Source: Eledone cirrhosa (taxonomy: Eukaryota). From it: DNA of 64,000 bases. The stretch spans positions 8,742,001-8,806,000 of the forward strand of contig OZ024752.1 of NCBI GenBank assembly GCA_964016885.1. The letters are read 5' to 3'. Both the position numbers and the translations under genes were made by a program. Within the stretch, counting starts at the first letter, position 1, and each line of letters starts with the position of its first letter. The notes beneath the pieces are model-generated. The model had not been told where the DNA came from, searched no databases, and saw nothing but the letters and a program-made list of their open reading frames with translations. Positions 48,459 to 60,200 of the stretch are shown piece after piece.

Positions 48459-48675
48459 AACACTGTGTAAACAAATTAAACACAGAATTGAATATATAGT
48501 AGAGAGAGGATGACGTTGCTGAGACCACATGGTGTTGGTATAAACATGGACTGTATACCATCTATTCAATATTTTTTCTCGATCCAAAGAATTTCCCCCT
48601 GAAGTTGGAATAAATTCTTCCAATATTGATTGTTTCAGTGTATTGAAATAATCAATATTGTTTCTACATTCGTGA

Positions 48676-48963
48676 ATGATCCGACCGGATCCCTAACCGA
48701 GACAGCCAAGCTCATGGATATTATCCAATCCTCTTGCTCGGGGTCTACTCCTTGGTCTCCAGTTGGTTTCCCCCGTAAAATCTGTCCAGCGATTCTTTCC
48801 CGAGACATTCTAACCACATGTCCATAGTATTGGAACTGTGATCTCTCAATTTGGAGAAGTAGCAGCTCTACATGGAGTGAGTCTCTGATTTCCGAGCTAC
48901 ACACTTTATCGAGTAACGTTAGTCCAAAGACCCTTTGGAGGAACTCCATTCCGGCCGCTTGTC
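48676..48963 (-). mobile_element. RTE fragment with a 7-bp target-site duplication
   Basis: MEFLQRVFGLTLLDK..SQFQYYGHVVRM; ttcgtga occurs at both 48669-48675 and 48964-48970. Confidence 0.85.
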
Positions 48964-49408
48964 TTCGTGATAATACATCTTATATTTCAAGAGCTGCTCT
49001 AAAAAGGATTTCCCCTTTATCGAATAACGTTACTCCATAACTCCTATAACTAAGTTTAATTTATACACTTCATTGAGTGGTGATATGCAGGAGTTCAGAT
49101 TACTGTCTAGCATAGATAACTTCTCTCTTGTGTTAGGATATATCTATGAGAAACACAAACTTAGGTCTCCAGGAGCCCCGGCAAATTTTCGAGACATATT
49201 TTAGGGGAAAAAATAGCATCTTTGACGCCGGGAAATACAGTAATAATTTTCTAAAATTTTATTTTCTATAAATGAGTCTACACAACATACATTCAGACTT
49301 ATCTCCCCTCATAAAAACCCCCCAAGTAACTAGTGTCATATGTAAAACGAGAGATGTCTAAATCCGAGAGGAATTTTAACAAACTACGACTCACGCAATC
49401 GTAAAGTT

Positions 49409-49684
49409 GATCATGTGACCTCCTGCCCAGTGGAATTGAGATCATGTGACCTCATGCCCAGTGGAATTGAGATCATGTGACCTCCTGCCCAGTGGAATTG
49501 AGATCATGTGACCTCATGCCCAGTGGAATTGAGATCATGTGACCTCCTGCCCAGTGGAATTGAGATCATGTGACCTCCTGCCCAGTGGAATTGAGATCAT
49601 GTGACCTCATGCCCAGTGGAATTGAGATCATGTGACCTCATGCCCAGTGGAATTGAGATCATGTGACCTCATGCCCAGTGGAAT
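49409..49684. repeat. 31-bp minisatellite, 9 copies
   Basis: Unit gatcatgtgacctcMtgcccagtggaattga. Confidence 0.95.
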
Positions 49685-49881
49685 ATATGACACATCCCCC
49701 TCCAAACATCATTTCAATTATATTTTCATTATAATTCGCCTAAAGGAAGTTGGCGAAACTCTGAGTAGAGATGGTGTGAACAATTAGCTGAACACACACA
49801 CACACATATATATATATACACACACGTATATATATATATACACACACATATATATATATATACACACACGTATATATATGT

Positions 49882-49912
<31 letters not shown>

Positions 49913-49950
49913 CACACATATATATATATATACATACACGTATATATATG

Positions 49951-50034
<84 letters not shown>

Positions 50035-50065
50035 TATATATATACATACACGTATATATATGTAT

Positions 50066-50114
<49 letters not shown>

Positions 50115-50145
50115 TATATATATACATACACGTATATATATGTAT

Positions 50146-50227
<82 letters not shown>

Positions 50228-50390
50228 ATGTGTGTGTGTGTGAGTGTGTATGTGTGGGTGGGTGTGTATGAATGCATGCATGTGTGTGTGTGTGTATTTT
50301 TGTGTATATACACGTACTTTTTTACATAATGTACAAATATATACATACATGTCTATATATACACATACATATATATAGACATGCATATAT

Positions 50391-50449
<59 letters not shown>

Positions 50450-50511
50450 TACATATATTATACACACATACATATATATATACATATACACATATATATA
50501 CATACATATAT

Positions 50512-51149
50512 GGTGGCTGCCAACTCGTTTTCGAGTACGGCCACTACTTTACATCCATGTAGGATAACCCCTACCGAAGCGCTGAACGAGTGTGACTTTT
50601 TAGTCCAGCCAGCGACTTGAAACCTCTGGTACAAACACTACACCTGTGATAATTATTGACACATAGTGCTAGGCCCATGGTAGGACAATTATTGACACAT
50701 AGTGCTGGGCCCATGTGAGGACAAGTGCAGAGAGATCTCCAGATATAAAGCAATGCCTGTGCCGTGAAGCTTTTATAGTGAGCAAAGGCACTGCACAAAG
50801 CCAGTCCCACTCTCTTAACCAAGATGCTATTTACCAAAAAGAAGAACAAGTCAACATCATTGGATACCATCAGGGTTGCAGGTGTTATATCAGAGTTTTC
50901 CTTCTCCTAGAATTCTGCCTTGACTAAGGCTAAAGGGGTCATCTCTCCCGGTGATTTTGGATGGCCATTGACTCTTAAGAGCTCCTTTGCCCTTTGACAG
51001 GTTTTGTTTTTAGTCCTGCAGGATGTCCAAAGTCACCCTCCTCACCAAGAAACCTTGGTGGGGTTGCCAGTTTAGTCGCCAACGACCCGACCATGAGACA
51101 GGTTGTACTGGGATACATGTTACCAGTAGCACCAACTGGTGACCTGACA
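50512..51149 (-). mobile_element. Family A full copy with a small internal duplication
   Basis: Reverse complement of 43095-43703; aattattgacacatagtgct is duplicated at ~50651-50707. Confidence 0.88.
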
Positions 51150-51278
51150 TATATATATATACATATACATACATACATATACATATATATATATATACAT
51201 ACATATATATACATATATATACATATATATGTACATATATATACATATATATACATATATTCAAATATATACATATAT

Positions 51279-51326
<48 letters not shown>

Positions 51327-51363
51327 CTCTTTATATATATACATATATCACACACACACACAC

Positions 51364-51456
<93 letters not shown>

Positions 51457-52205
51457 TTATATATATATATGTGTATATATATATATAAAACAAGTCGACA
51501 GTAGTAGTAAATTGAATTCGTATTTAGTGTTATTTAATCTGTAAAATAGAATTAATAGTTTAGCTCTTATGAAATTCTCTAATTTCGTCGACATATCATT
51601 TGTCTGCACTGTTAACTTCAGATAGACTTTCACCACAAACACCAGACAGGTTAGACATATTTGTTGGGATGTTGGGATGTGTGTGTGAAGGGTGGATGAT
51701 GGTGTGAAGAGTGTGTGTGAAGGAGTGAGTGTGTGGGGAGGGGGAGTTGTGTGTTTGTGTGTGAAAAGGGGTGTGTGTGTGTACATGAAGGGGTGTTTGT
51801 GTGTGTGTATGTGGATGAGTGTATGAGTGTATATGTGAAGGGGTGTATGTGTGTGTATGTGAAGGGGTGTCTGTGTGTATGTGAAAGGGTGTATGTGTGT
51901 ATGTGAAGGGTGTCTTCACACAGAGAACTCAGAAAAAACCGTTCCGATTTTTCTCTTTGGAATCAAATTATGTTTATATATTTATTTACCACACTAACTG
52001 TATATAAGGTATATTTTTAACAGTTTCTACTAATTATAGTCAACTTCAACATGGCCGACAGAATATATTCTTAATTCCTATATATATCAATGAAACCGTC
52101 AAGTGGTTTAATTTTGAAAATAATAATGAAAAAAAAAACATTTAAGAAAAAAAACTAGATTTCCTTATTTAGCAAAGGATAGCAACATCAATGGCGACTT
52201 CTAAG

Positions 52206-52460
52206 AATATCGTCTGCCAATTCGATTTATTGAATATCGTCTGCCAATTCCATTGAATATCGTCTGTCAATTCCATTGAATATCGTCTGCCAATTCGACT
52301 TATCAAATATCGTCTGCCAATTCGATTTATTGAATATCGTCTGCCAGTTCGATTTATCAAATATCGTCTGTCAATTCGATTTATCAAATATCGTCTGTCA
52401 ATTCGATTTATCAAATATCGTCTGCCAATTTGATTTTTCAAATATCGTCTGCCAATTCAA
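52206..52460. repeat. ~27-bp minisatellite
   Basis: Unit aatatcgtctgYcaattcgatttatca, with shorter variants. Confidence 0.9.
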
Positions 52461-52847
52461 TTGAATGAGTTAAAATTGTTTTAATGTAAATGAATAAACA
52501 TTGTTGTCTTTGATGGAGACGATGAGAACACTTTTAACAGTCGTTTAAACAACCAAATGTTATCAATGACAGAGATGGGCAAAAATGTCTGAGGACAGAG
52601 ACCAGCGGACAGTGGTCAACAGAGAGACAATACACAAAGTGGGTGACAGGCAGTTGAAACACAACTGAAATAATGTATATTCAGAATATAGTGGAAGGGG
52701 TAGTAGAGATGATATAATAGTATTTTAAATATCAAATGATACATATTATATATAAATATAGTAAAATAAAAAATATATTATATTTATTTATACACAATAT
52801 ATAAATTATATTATTTATTATATATAAATTAACGATTTAATCTTCCT

Positions 52848-53012
52848 TATTTCCCGGCGCCGAAGACGCTTCGTCCTCGAGGACGCAGCCTAATTTTGAC
52901 AACCAAAAATTTGAAAAAAATAATAAACAACCTTTGACCTCCAGGACGCGTGGTAGATTTTGAGACTTATTTTAGGGAAAAAGTAGCGTCTTCGACACCG
53001 GGAAATACGGTA
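52848..53012. mobile_element. Tc1/mariner-pogo-type MITE (half copy at ~49170-49242) nested in a larger non-autonomous DNA element
   Basis: TIRs tatttcccggcgccgaagacgct / agcgtcttcgacaccgggaaata. The host element 52690-53130(-) is homologous to 21794-22010 plus 22655-22710(+). Confidence 0.7.
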
Positions 53013-53748
53013 TGCATTATTTACAATTTACATATAGGCAGGTCTCTCTGGAAATAGGGTTGGGGTGCGGGATGGGGGGTATTACGTTACCGTGAGGGTG
53101 GCGGGGTTCCAAAAGGTTTGAGAGCTTCTGAAATATATGATTAAAATTTAAACCTTGTAATATCCAAGCATTGAGATGGCCTCTATAAGGTCACTGACCC
53201 TGTTGAAATGGCAATGAAATCTTCACTGAAATCAAGCTCTTTTGTCTTAAAAGATGGGGAAAATTTAGAAAATGTCGTCTCTAATGTAGAAAAAGAGCAG
53301 ACGATCATGCATTGAATGTCTGCCATCGTAAATCTCCTTGATCAAGAATTACTACAAGGTTTAATCAACCGTAGGGACTTTTGAATATCATTAAATATAT
53401 ATCCCTTCAATATATTTTCATGATCTTCACAATGTGGATTTGACATCAGTTAGTCAACTTCTATTTAGTAAGTTGATTGTGAAGATATCATGTCCAAATA
53501 ACCGATGAGATGGTCACGAATGGAGCAGTATGGTTCATAAGTCTGCTCAAACAGAAGTGTTTATTAAAGTATACTAGCAATTCTGTGATATAGTCACTGG
53601 AAAATAGAGAAAAATATAACTTTCTGGTAACGAAAAGATATTTTTCTTCGACAGTTACTCATACGTATATTGTATAATATATATATATATATACACACAC
53701 ACACATATCTACATACATTATATATACATATATATATATATATATATA

Positions 53749-54400
<652 letters not shown>

Positions 54401-54467
54401 ATACATAGATACATAAACATACATATATACATACATGCATATATACATATATACATACAGACACACG

Positions 54468-54517
<50 letters not shown>

Positions 54518-54545
54518 CACACACAAACACAAACACACACACACA

Positions 54546-54599
<54 letters not shown>

Positions 54600-54640
54600 A
54601 ACACACACACAAACACACACACACACACACACACAAACAA

Positions 54641-54671
<31 letters not shown>

Positions 54672-54818
54672 AACACACCCACCCACACACAAACACACAC
54701 ACACACACACACACAAACACACAAACACACACACACAAACACACACACACAAACACACACACACACACACACACACCCAAACACACACACACACACACAC
54801 AAACACAAACACACACAA

Positions 54819-54859
<41 letters not shown>

Positions 54860-54904
54860 CACACAAACACAAACACACACACACCCACACACACACAAAC
54901 ACAA

Positions 54905-54938
<34 letters not shown>

Positions 54939-54951
54939 AAACACACACACA

Positions 54952-54993
<42 letters not shown>

Positions 54994-55259
54994 AACACAC
55001 ACACACACACACACACACATAGACACGAGTCTGGGAAGAAAGGAATTTGGGCAAGTCTAGTCGTGATATAACGGAGGAAACCGTATAGAATGCCATCAGT
55101 GTGTGGGATAATCCGGAAGATTAAAATACGAAGCTGTAATGACGGACACGAGATACTCAGCCATAATATGAAGGAACCTTTCTAGAATATTCTTGTCAAA
55201 ACATCTGTAAACAGTAGACATAACAAACCAGACAGAGACATCTGGGTTCAAAATAAAGA

Positions 55260-55308
<49 letters not shown>

Positions 55309-55655
55309 TATAGATACATATACATACATACATATATATATACATATATACACATACATAAATTTATACATACATATATATATGCATACATGTATACATA
55401 CATACAGACATACATACATACACTTACTTACATATACATACATAATACATACATACATATACATACATACTTATACATACATACGTACATACAAGTATGC
55501 ATGCATACATAAATACATGTATACATACACACAGATATATACATACGACCTTGCATACATACATACACACATGCATACATACATACATACATACACACAT
55601 ACACACAAACGCACGCACAAACAATCATACATACAATCACGCATATATACATGCA

Positions 55656-55726
<71 letters not shown>

Positions 55727-55757
55727 TAGAAAGTGTACAACACAAAATATAACTACT

Positions 55758-55821
55758 CCATTACCAAAGGTTTCAGGATCACAGACGATATTAATATACG
55801 TCTGGATCGGTCGTCAGACAG
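55758..55821 (-). ncRNA. Hammerhead ribozyme, left member of an inverted pair
   Basis: ctgt-CTGACGA-cc gatc cagacg..cgtctg t gatc ct-GAAA-cctttgg-TA-atgg. Confidence 0.7.
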
Positions 55822-55837
55822 AGATGTTATAACATCT

Positions 55838-55903
55838 CTATCTGACGAACTATCCACAGGTATATATTTATGTTGTCTGTGATCCAGAAACATTTGGTAA
55901 TAG
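55838..55903 (+). ncRNA. Hammerhead ribozyme, right member of an inverted pair
   Basis: ctat-CTGACGA-..cacag..ctgtg..-GAAA-catttgg-TA-atag. Confidence 0.65.
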
Positions 55904-56429
55904 TATATTTTGTGTTGTTCACTCTCTAATTAAATAGCTCTGTTCTATACATAGAGCACTCTTTTTTCCTTTGCTTTTCCTTTGGAATTACGTAACACAC
56001 ACACACACACACATATATATATATGTGTATTTAGGGTATTTCTTGTTAACGTTATATATATCATATTTGGGGAGGGTCATATTGCCAAAAATAGTAAAAC
56101 ACACTCACTGTTTGGTTTGGTATTCACTTCAGTATATTTTTATATTTCTATAAATAATTTAGCTGGTAATCCATGTTGATCATTGATTGACCAACAGCTA
56201 AAAATATAAATATAATTTCTCAAAGTTCTTTCGCCACACATATTTGTGATATCTTTAGTGATTATCTCTGTTTCCTCTCGTTGTGTTTCTATAATATTTT
56301 TTTTTGTCTCTGTTTGCGCATGCGTTTGTGTGCGTGTATTCTGTTTGGTATGTATATATGCATGTATGTATGTATGTATGTATGTATGTATGTATGTATG
56401 TATGTATGTGTGTGTGTGTGTGTATGTGT

Positions 56430-56494
<65 letters not shown>

Positions 56495-56500
56495 TGTGTG

Positions 56501-56612
56501 TTATCTCTTTCTCTTAATTTCGAGTATATTTTTGACCGGCCGCCTTCCTGGTGGCAAGAGTGTAAAAGAAAAGAAATTGTCATCCCTTGAATCGCAAGAA
56601 TGTTTTGCAAAA
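56501..56612 (-). mobile_element. Extreme 3' end of the same R4/Dong-like family
   Basis: Reverse complement tttgcaaaacattcttgcgattcaag is identical to 2103-2128 (CKTFLRFKG*), followed by a short 3'UTR running into (AC)n. Confidence 0.7.
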
Positions 56613-57019
56613 TGTATGTATGTATGTATGTATGTATGTATGTATGTATGTGTGTATGTATGTGTGTATGTATGTATGTGTGTATGTATGTATGTATGCA
56701 TGTATGTGTGTATGTATGTGTGTATATGTCTGTGTGTATGTATGTATATATGCATGTAAGTATGTATCTATGTATGTATGTATGTATGTATGTATATGCA
56801 TGTATGTATGTATGTATGTATGTATGTGTGTGTGTGTGTGTGTATGTATATATGTATGTATGTATGTGTGAATATATGTATGCGTGTGTATGTATGTATG
56901 TATGTATGTATGCACGAATTCATCTCACTCTAGCTACACATGTTTAGAATTAAATCAATGTAAACAGTGTAAAAGTGTGTATACGGAATTGGTGTATGTA
57001 TGTATATGTGTATATATAT

Positions 57020-57074
<55 letters not shown>

Positions 57075-57544
57075 AAATTGTGTTTAGCCTGTAAACCATA
57101 TATGAATGTAATGCGCTGATTATGAATGCACACACATACACACCTAAACACACGCATACACACATAAACACATACATACACACACATACACACACAGAAA
57201 TACACACCTAAACACACGCATACACACATAAACACATACATACACACACAGAAATACACACCTAAACACACACATACACACACAGAATACACACCTGAAC
57301 ACACGCATACACACATAAACACATACATACACACACATACACACACAGAAATACACACCTAAACACACGCATACACACATAAACACATACATACACACAC
57401 ATACACACACAGAAATACACACCTAAACACACGCAAACACACATAAACACATACATACACACATACACACACATACACACACGTATACACACGTAGTATA
57501 CGTTTCATATAAATCAAGATGTAAATAAATACATACATATAGTT

Positions 57545-57748
57545 TCACTCACATCCCCACTCTCACTCAAATCCCAACTCTCCCTTACATCCCCACTCTC
57601 CCTTACATCCCCACTCTCACTTACATCCCCACTCTCACTCAAATCCCCACTCTCACTTACATTCCCACACTCACTTACATTCCAACACTCATTCACATCT
57701 CCACTCTCACTCACATCCCCACTCTCACTCACATCCCCACTCTAACTC
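57545..57748. repeat. 18-bp minisatellite
   Basis: Unit ctcacatccccactctca. Confidence 0.88.
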
Positions 57749-57772
57749 ATACATACTTATATTCAAAGAGTA

Positions 57773-57825
<53 letters not shown>

Positions 57826-58066
57826 AGGTTGAGGAAAAGGAGGAGGGGAGGAAAGGAGTACAAACTCTTTGTACTCCTGGAGATGAGGGTTGCACATTTT
57901 TTCGGGGGTATGTGTTACCCATATAAACTGTCTCCCCCTATTGGGGAAAATCGACTAACTTTTTAAATTACATTTGTGATAACATTTTACATGTTTTTAT
58001 TGTATGTAAACTTCCCCCTTTGTATTTGTCCCCTTCTTTTGTGCCCCTCTGGCTAATAAAGAAACA
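57826..58066 (+). mobile_element. 5'-truncated 3'UTR copy of a related Tx1 element
   Basis: Shares ttttttcggggg..tgtg.accc, tgtaaact.ccccc and ttcttttgtgccc..tggc.aataaa with 63640-63860. Flanked by (TCTA)n on both sides. Confidence 0.8.
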
Positions 58067-58128
58067 TATCTATCTACCTATCTATCTATCTTTCTATCTA
58101 TCTACCTATCTATCTATCTGTCTATCTG

Positions 58129-58199
<71 letters not shown>

Positions 58200-58422
58200 G
58201 TCTGTATGTCTGCCTGCCTGTCTGTCTGTCTGTCTGTCTGTCTGTCTGAGGATAGTAGACGTGTGTCATATCGCTCTGTGATTTGGATTTTTACCTGCTA
58301 ATTTTGTGAGTGGATTTTTTTGAATTCTTTTGTATAATTAACTGTAACCCCTAGTCTGGGACTCTAGACGTCGGGTAAATATATTTTCACCCCTTTTGGG
58401 GTGAAAAATAAATATTTCAGAG

Positions 58423-60177
58423 ATGTTTATCGATATCGTTGATAACGATATCGTCGAAAACGATATCGCCATATTGGAAGCGAACGCCACGCCGACCAAA
58501 AAAACAAGCGGGAAAGAGGGAACAACAGTTCAAACTGTTGAACAACCCCTCCTCTCCAATGAAAAAAAGAATTTCAATTCAAATGAAAAAATTAATTTTC
58601 AAGAAAAAAATAACATCACAAATAAGGAAACCAACAACATTACAACAACAAACAAAGACAAAATTTCTTTTGCCCAAACACTCAGGAGAGCCACGGAATA
58701 CAAAGCCATTGACATCACGAACGCCAAGGAAAATTTGCTAGAGGCTAGAAAATACGTATCTTTTGGGGAGGATGGTTCTTTTACGATCAACTCCCCAGAA
58801 GAAGTGCGTCAACAGATTTACAAGAATACCGTAAGCTACAGAACCATAACCAACGAAACGAGAAAGCCAGCGCAATTGACCGAAAGTCAAATCGAGCTGG
58901 TTCTGAAAGAAATTAAAAATGACATACTCTTTATTCAAAGAGGAAAGCTGTATGCCAGCATTATGGTCCGAATGAAGGACGAAATGCTGGCTCAGAAATA
59001 TTCGGTGGCACCTATAGTGACACCACAATACACCTTCTTCCCCACATATAAAGGAAGAAGAACACAAAGGATAAGAATGTGGAGCCCTACGCCAGAAATT
59101 AACATCTGGTCCGTCCTAACAGGATTTACCGACCTAGATAAGGACATACTAATTTCAGCAGGGGAGTCCACCAGTGGACTGTTCGGGGGGAAAAGTCTGG
59201 AGGTTCTCTTACAGATGACACCTGAGAGAATCTCCGGAATACCCGACCGAGTGCTACTGGATGGGCGAACCTACATAAATATCACAGTGGAAGGCAGGAG
59301 ACCCTCATGTTACCACTGCGCTGGCAGAGGTCACCTGAGGACGGCCTGCCCTCTACTAACAACTAAAAAACCACTGCTACAAACACCACAACAACAACAA
59401 AAACAACCAGCACCACCATCACAAAAACAACAAAATACACTACCATCACCACCAGAACAACAAAAACCAACAACACCACCACCACCACCACCACAACAAC
59501 AACAACAACATCAACAACAGCTCAAGAAAACAACCCAAAACACGGTCCCACCCAGCCCCACCCCACAGAACACAAATACAAAAACAGTTCATACACAACC
59601 CGGAGATATACCCCTCCCCTCCAATACGGAAGAGGAGCTCATATCGTCGGAAGACGAGGGGGCTCCCTTCCAAAAAGTGAAAAGAAAAAAACGTACACAC
59701 ACCACACAAACAAAAATAACCCCACCTGACAACACAACACAGACAATAAAACGCAAACTCACTCAACAACAAGAAGCAAAAACAAACACAACAACACAAA
59801 AACTCTACATAAACAAAAACAATGAAAACCTAACTTTAAAAGTAGAAACCAACCCTTCGATACAAACCGAAGGGCCGAATTTCGTAACGGCAATGGGGCT
59901 CCCTAACCTGAAAATGGTGAAAATCCCACTTGACATTTTCAAAACTTTAAAAGACATGTACCCTGAGGACGTGGGCCCACCCTGCACCAGGCCACTCAAC
60001 CGCGTCCTCCTGAAAGGTTTTCCCCTCCCCTCCTCAAACACCCACACAACTCCAAAGATCCCAACCCCTCCACACACCAATACCCCCACACCACCACAAA
60101 CCACCACCCCACCCATCAACCCCGCCACCAGCCCCATGGAAACTGAGCGACCCGAACCCCGGGACGCAGAGAGGTAA
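58423..60177 (+). CDS. LINE ORF1 (gag-like nucleic-acid-binding protein), 584 aa
   Basis: Uninterrupted ORF with a CX2CX4HX4C knuckle (CYHCAGRGHLRTAC) followed by a Q/P/T-rich low-complexity region; lies directly upstream of ORF2. Confidence 0.88.
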   Translation: MFIDIVDNDIVENDIAILEANATPTKKTSGKEGTTVQTVEQPLLSNEKKNFNSNEKINFQEKNNITNKETNNITTTNKDKISFAQTLRRATEYKAIDITNAKENLLEARKYVSFGEDGSFTINSPEEVRQQIYKNTVSYRTITNETRKPAQLTESQIELVLKEIKNDILFIQRGKLYASIMVRMKDEMLAQKYSVAPIVTPQYTFFPTYKGRRTQRIRMWSPTPEINIWSVLTGFTDLDKDILISAGESTSGLFGGKSLEVLLQMTPERISGIPDRVLLDGRTYINITVEGRRPSCYHCAGRGHLRTACPLLTTKKPLLQTPQQQQKQPAPPSQKQQNTLPSPPEQQKPTTPPPPPPQQQQQHQQQLKKTTQNTVPPSPTPQNTNTKTVHTQPGDIPLPSNTEEELISSEDEGAPFQKVKRKKRTHTTQTKITPPDNTTQTIKRKLTQQQEAKTNTTTQKLYINKNNENLTLKVETNPSIQTEGPNFVTAMGLPNLKMVKIPLDIFKTLKDMYPEDVGPPCTRPLNRVLLKGFPLPSSNTHTTPKIPTPPHTNTPTPPQTTTPPINPATSPMETERPEPRDAER

Positions 60178-60200
60178 GTGCCTCTTTCTTTGCCACCAAC

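Noticed and set aside
52046-52200. YY1-like motifs (aacatggccg, aatggcgac) as a promoter
   Set aside because: Short motifs with no supporting downstream exon or ORF.
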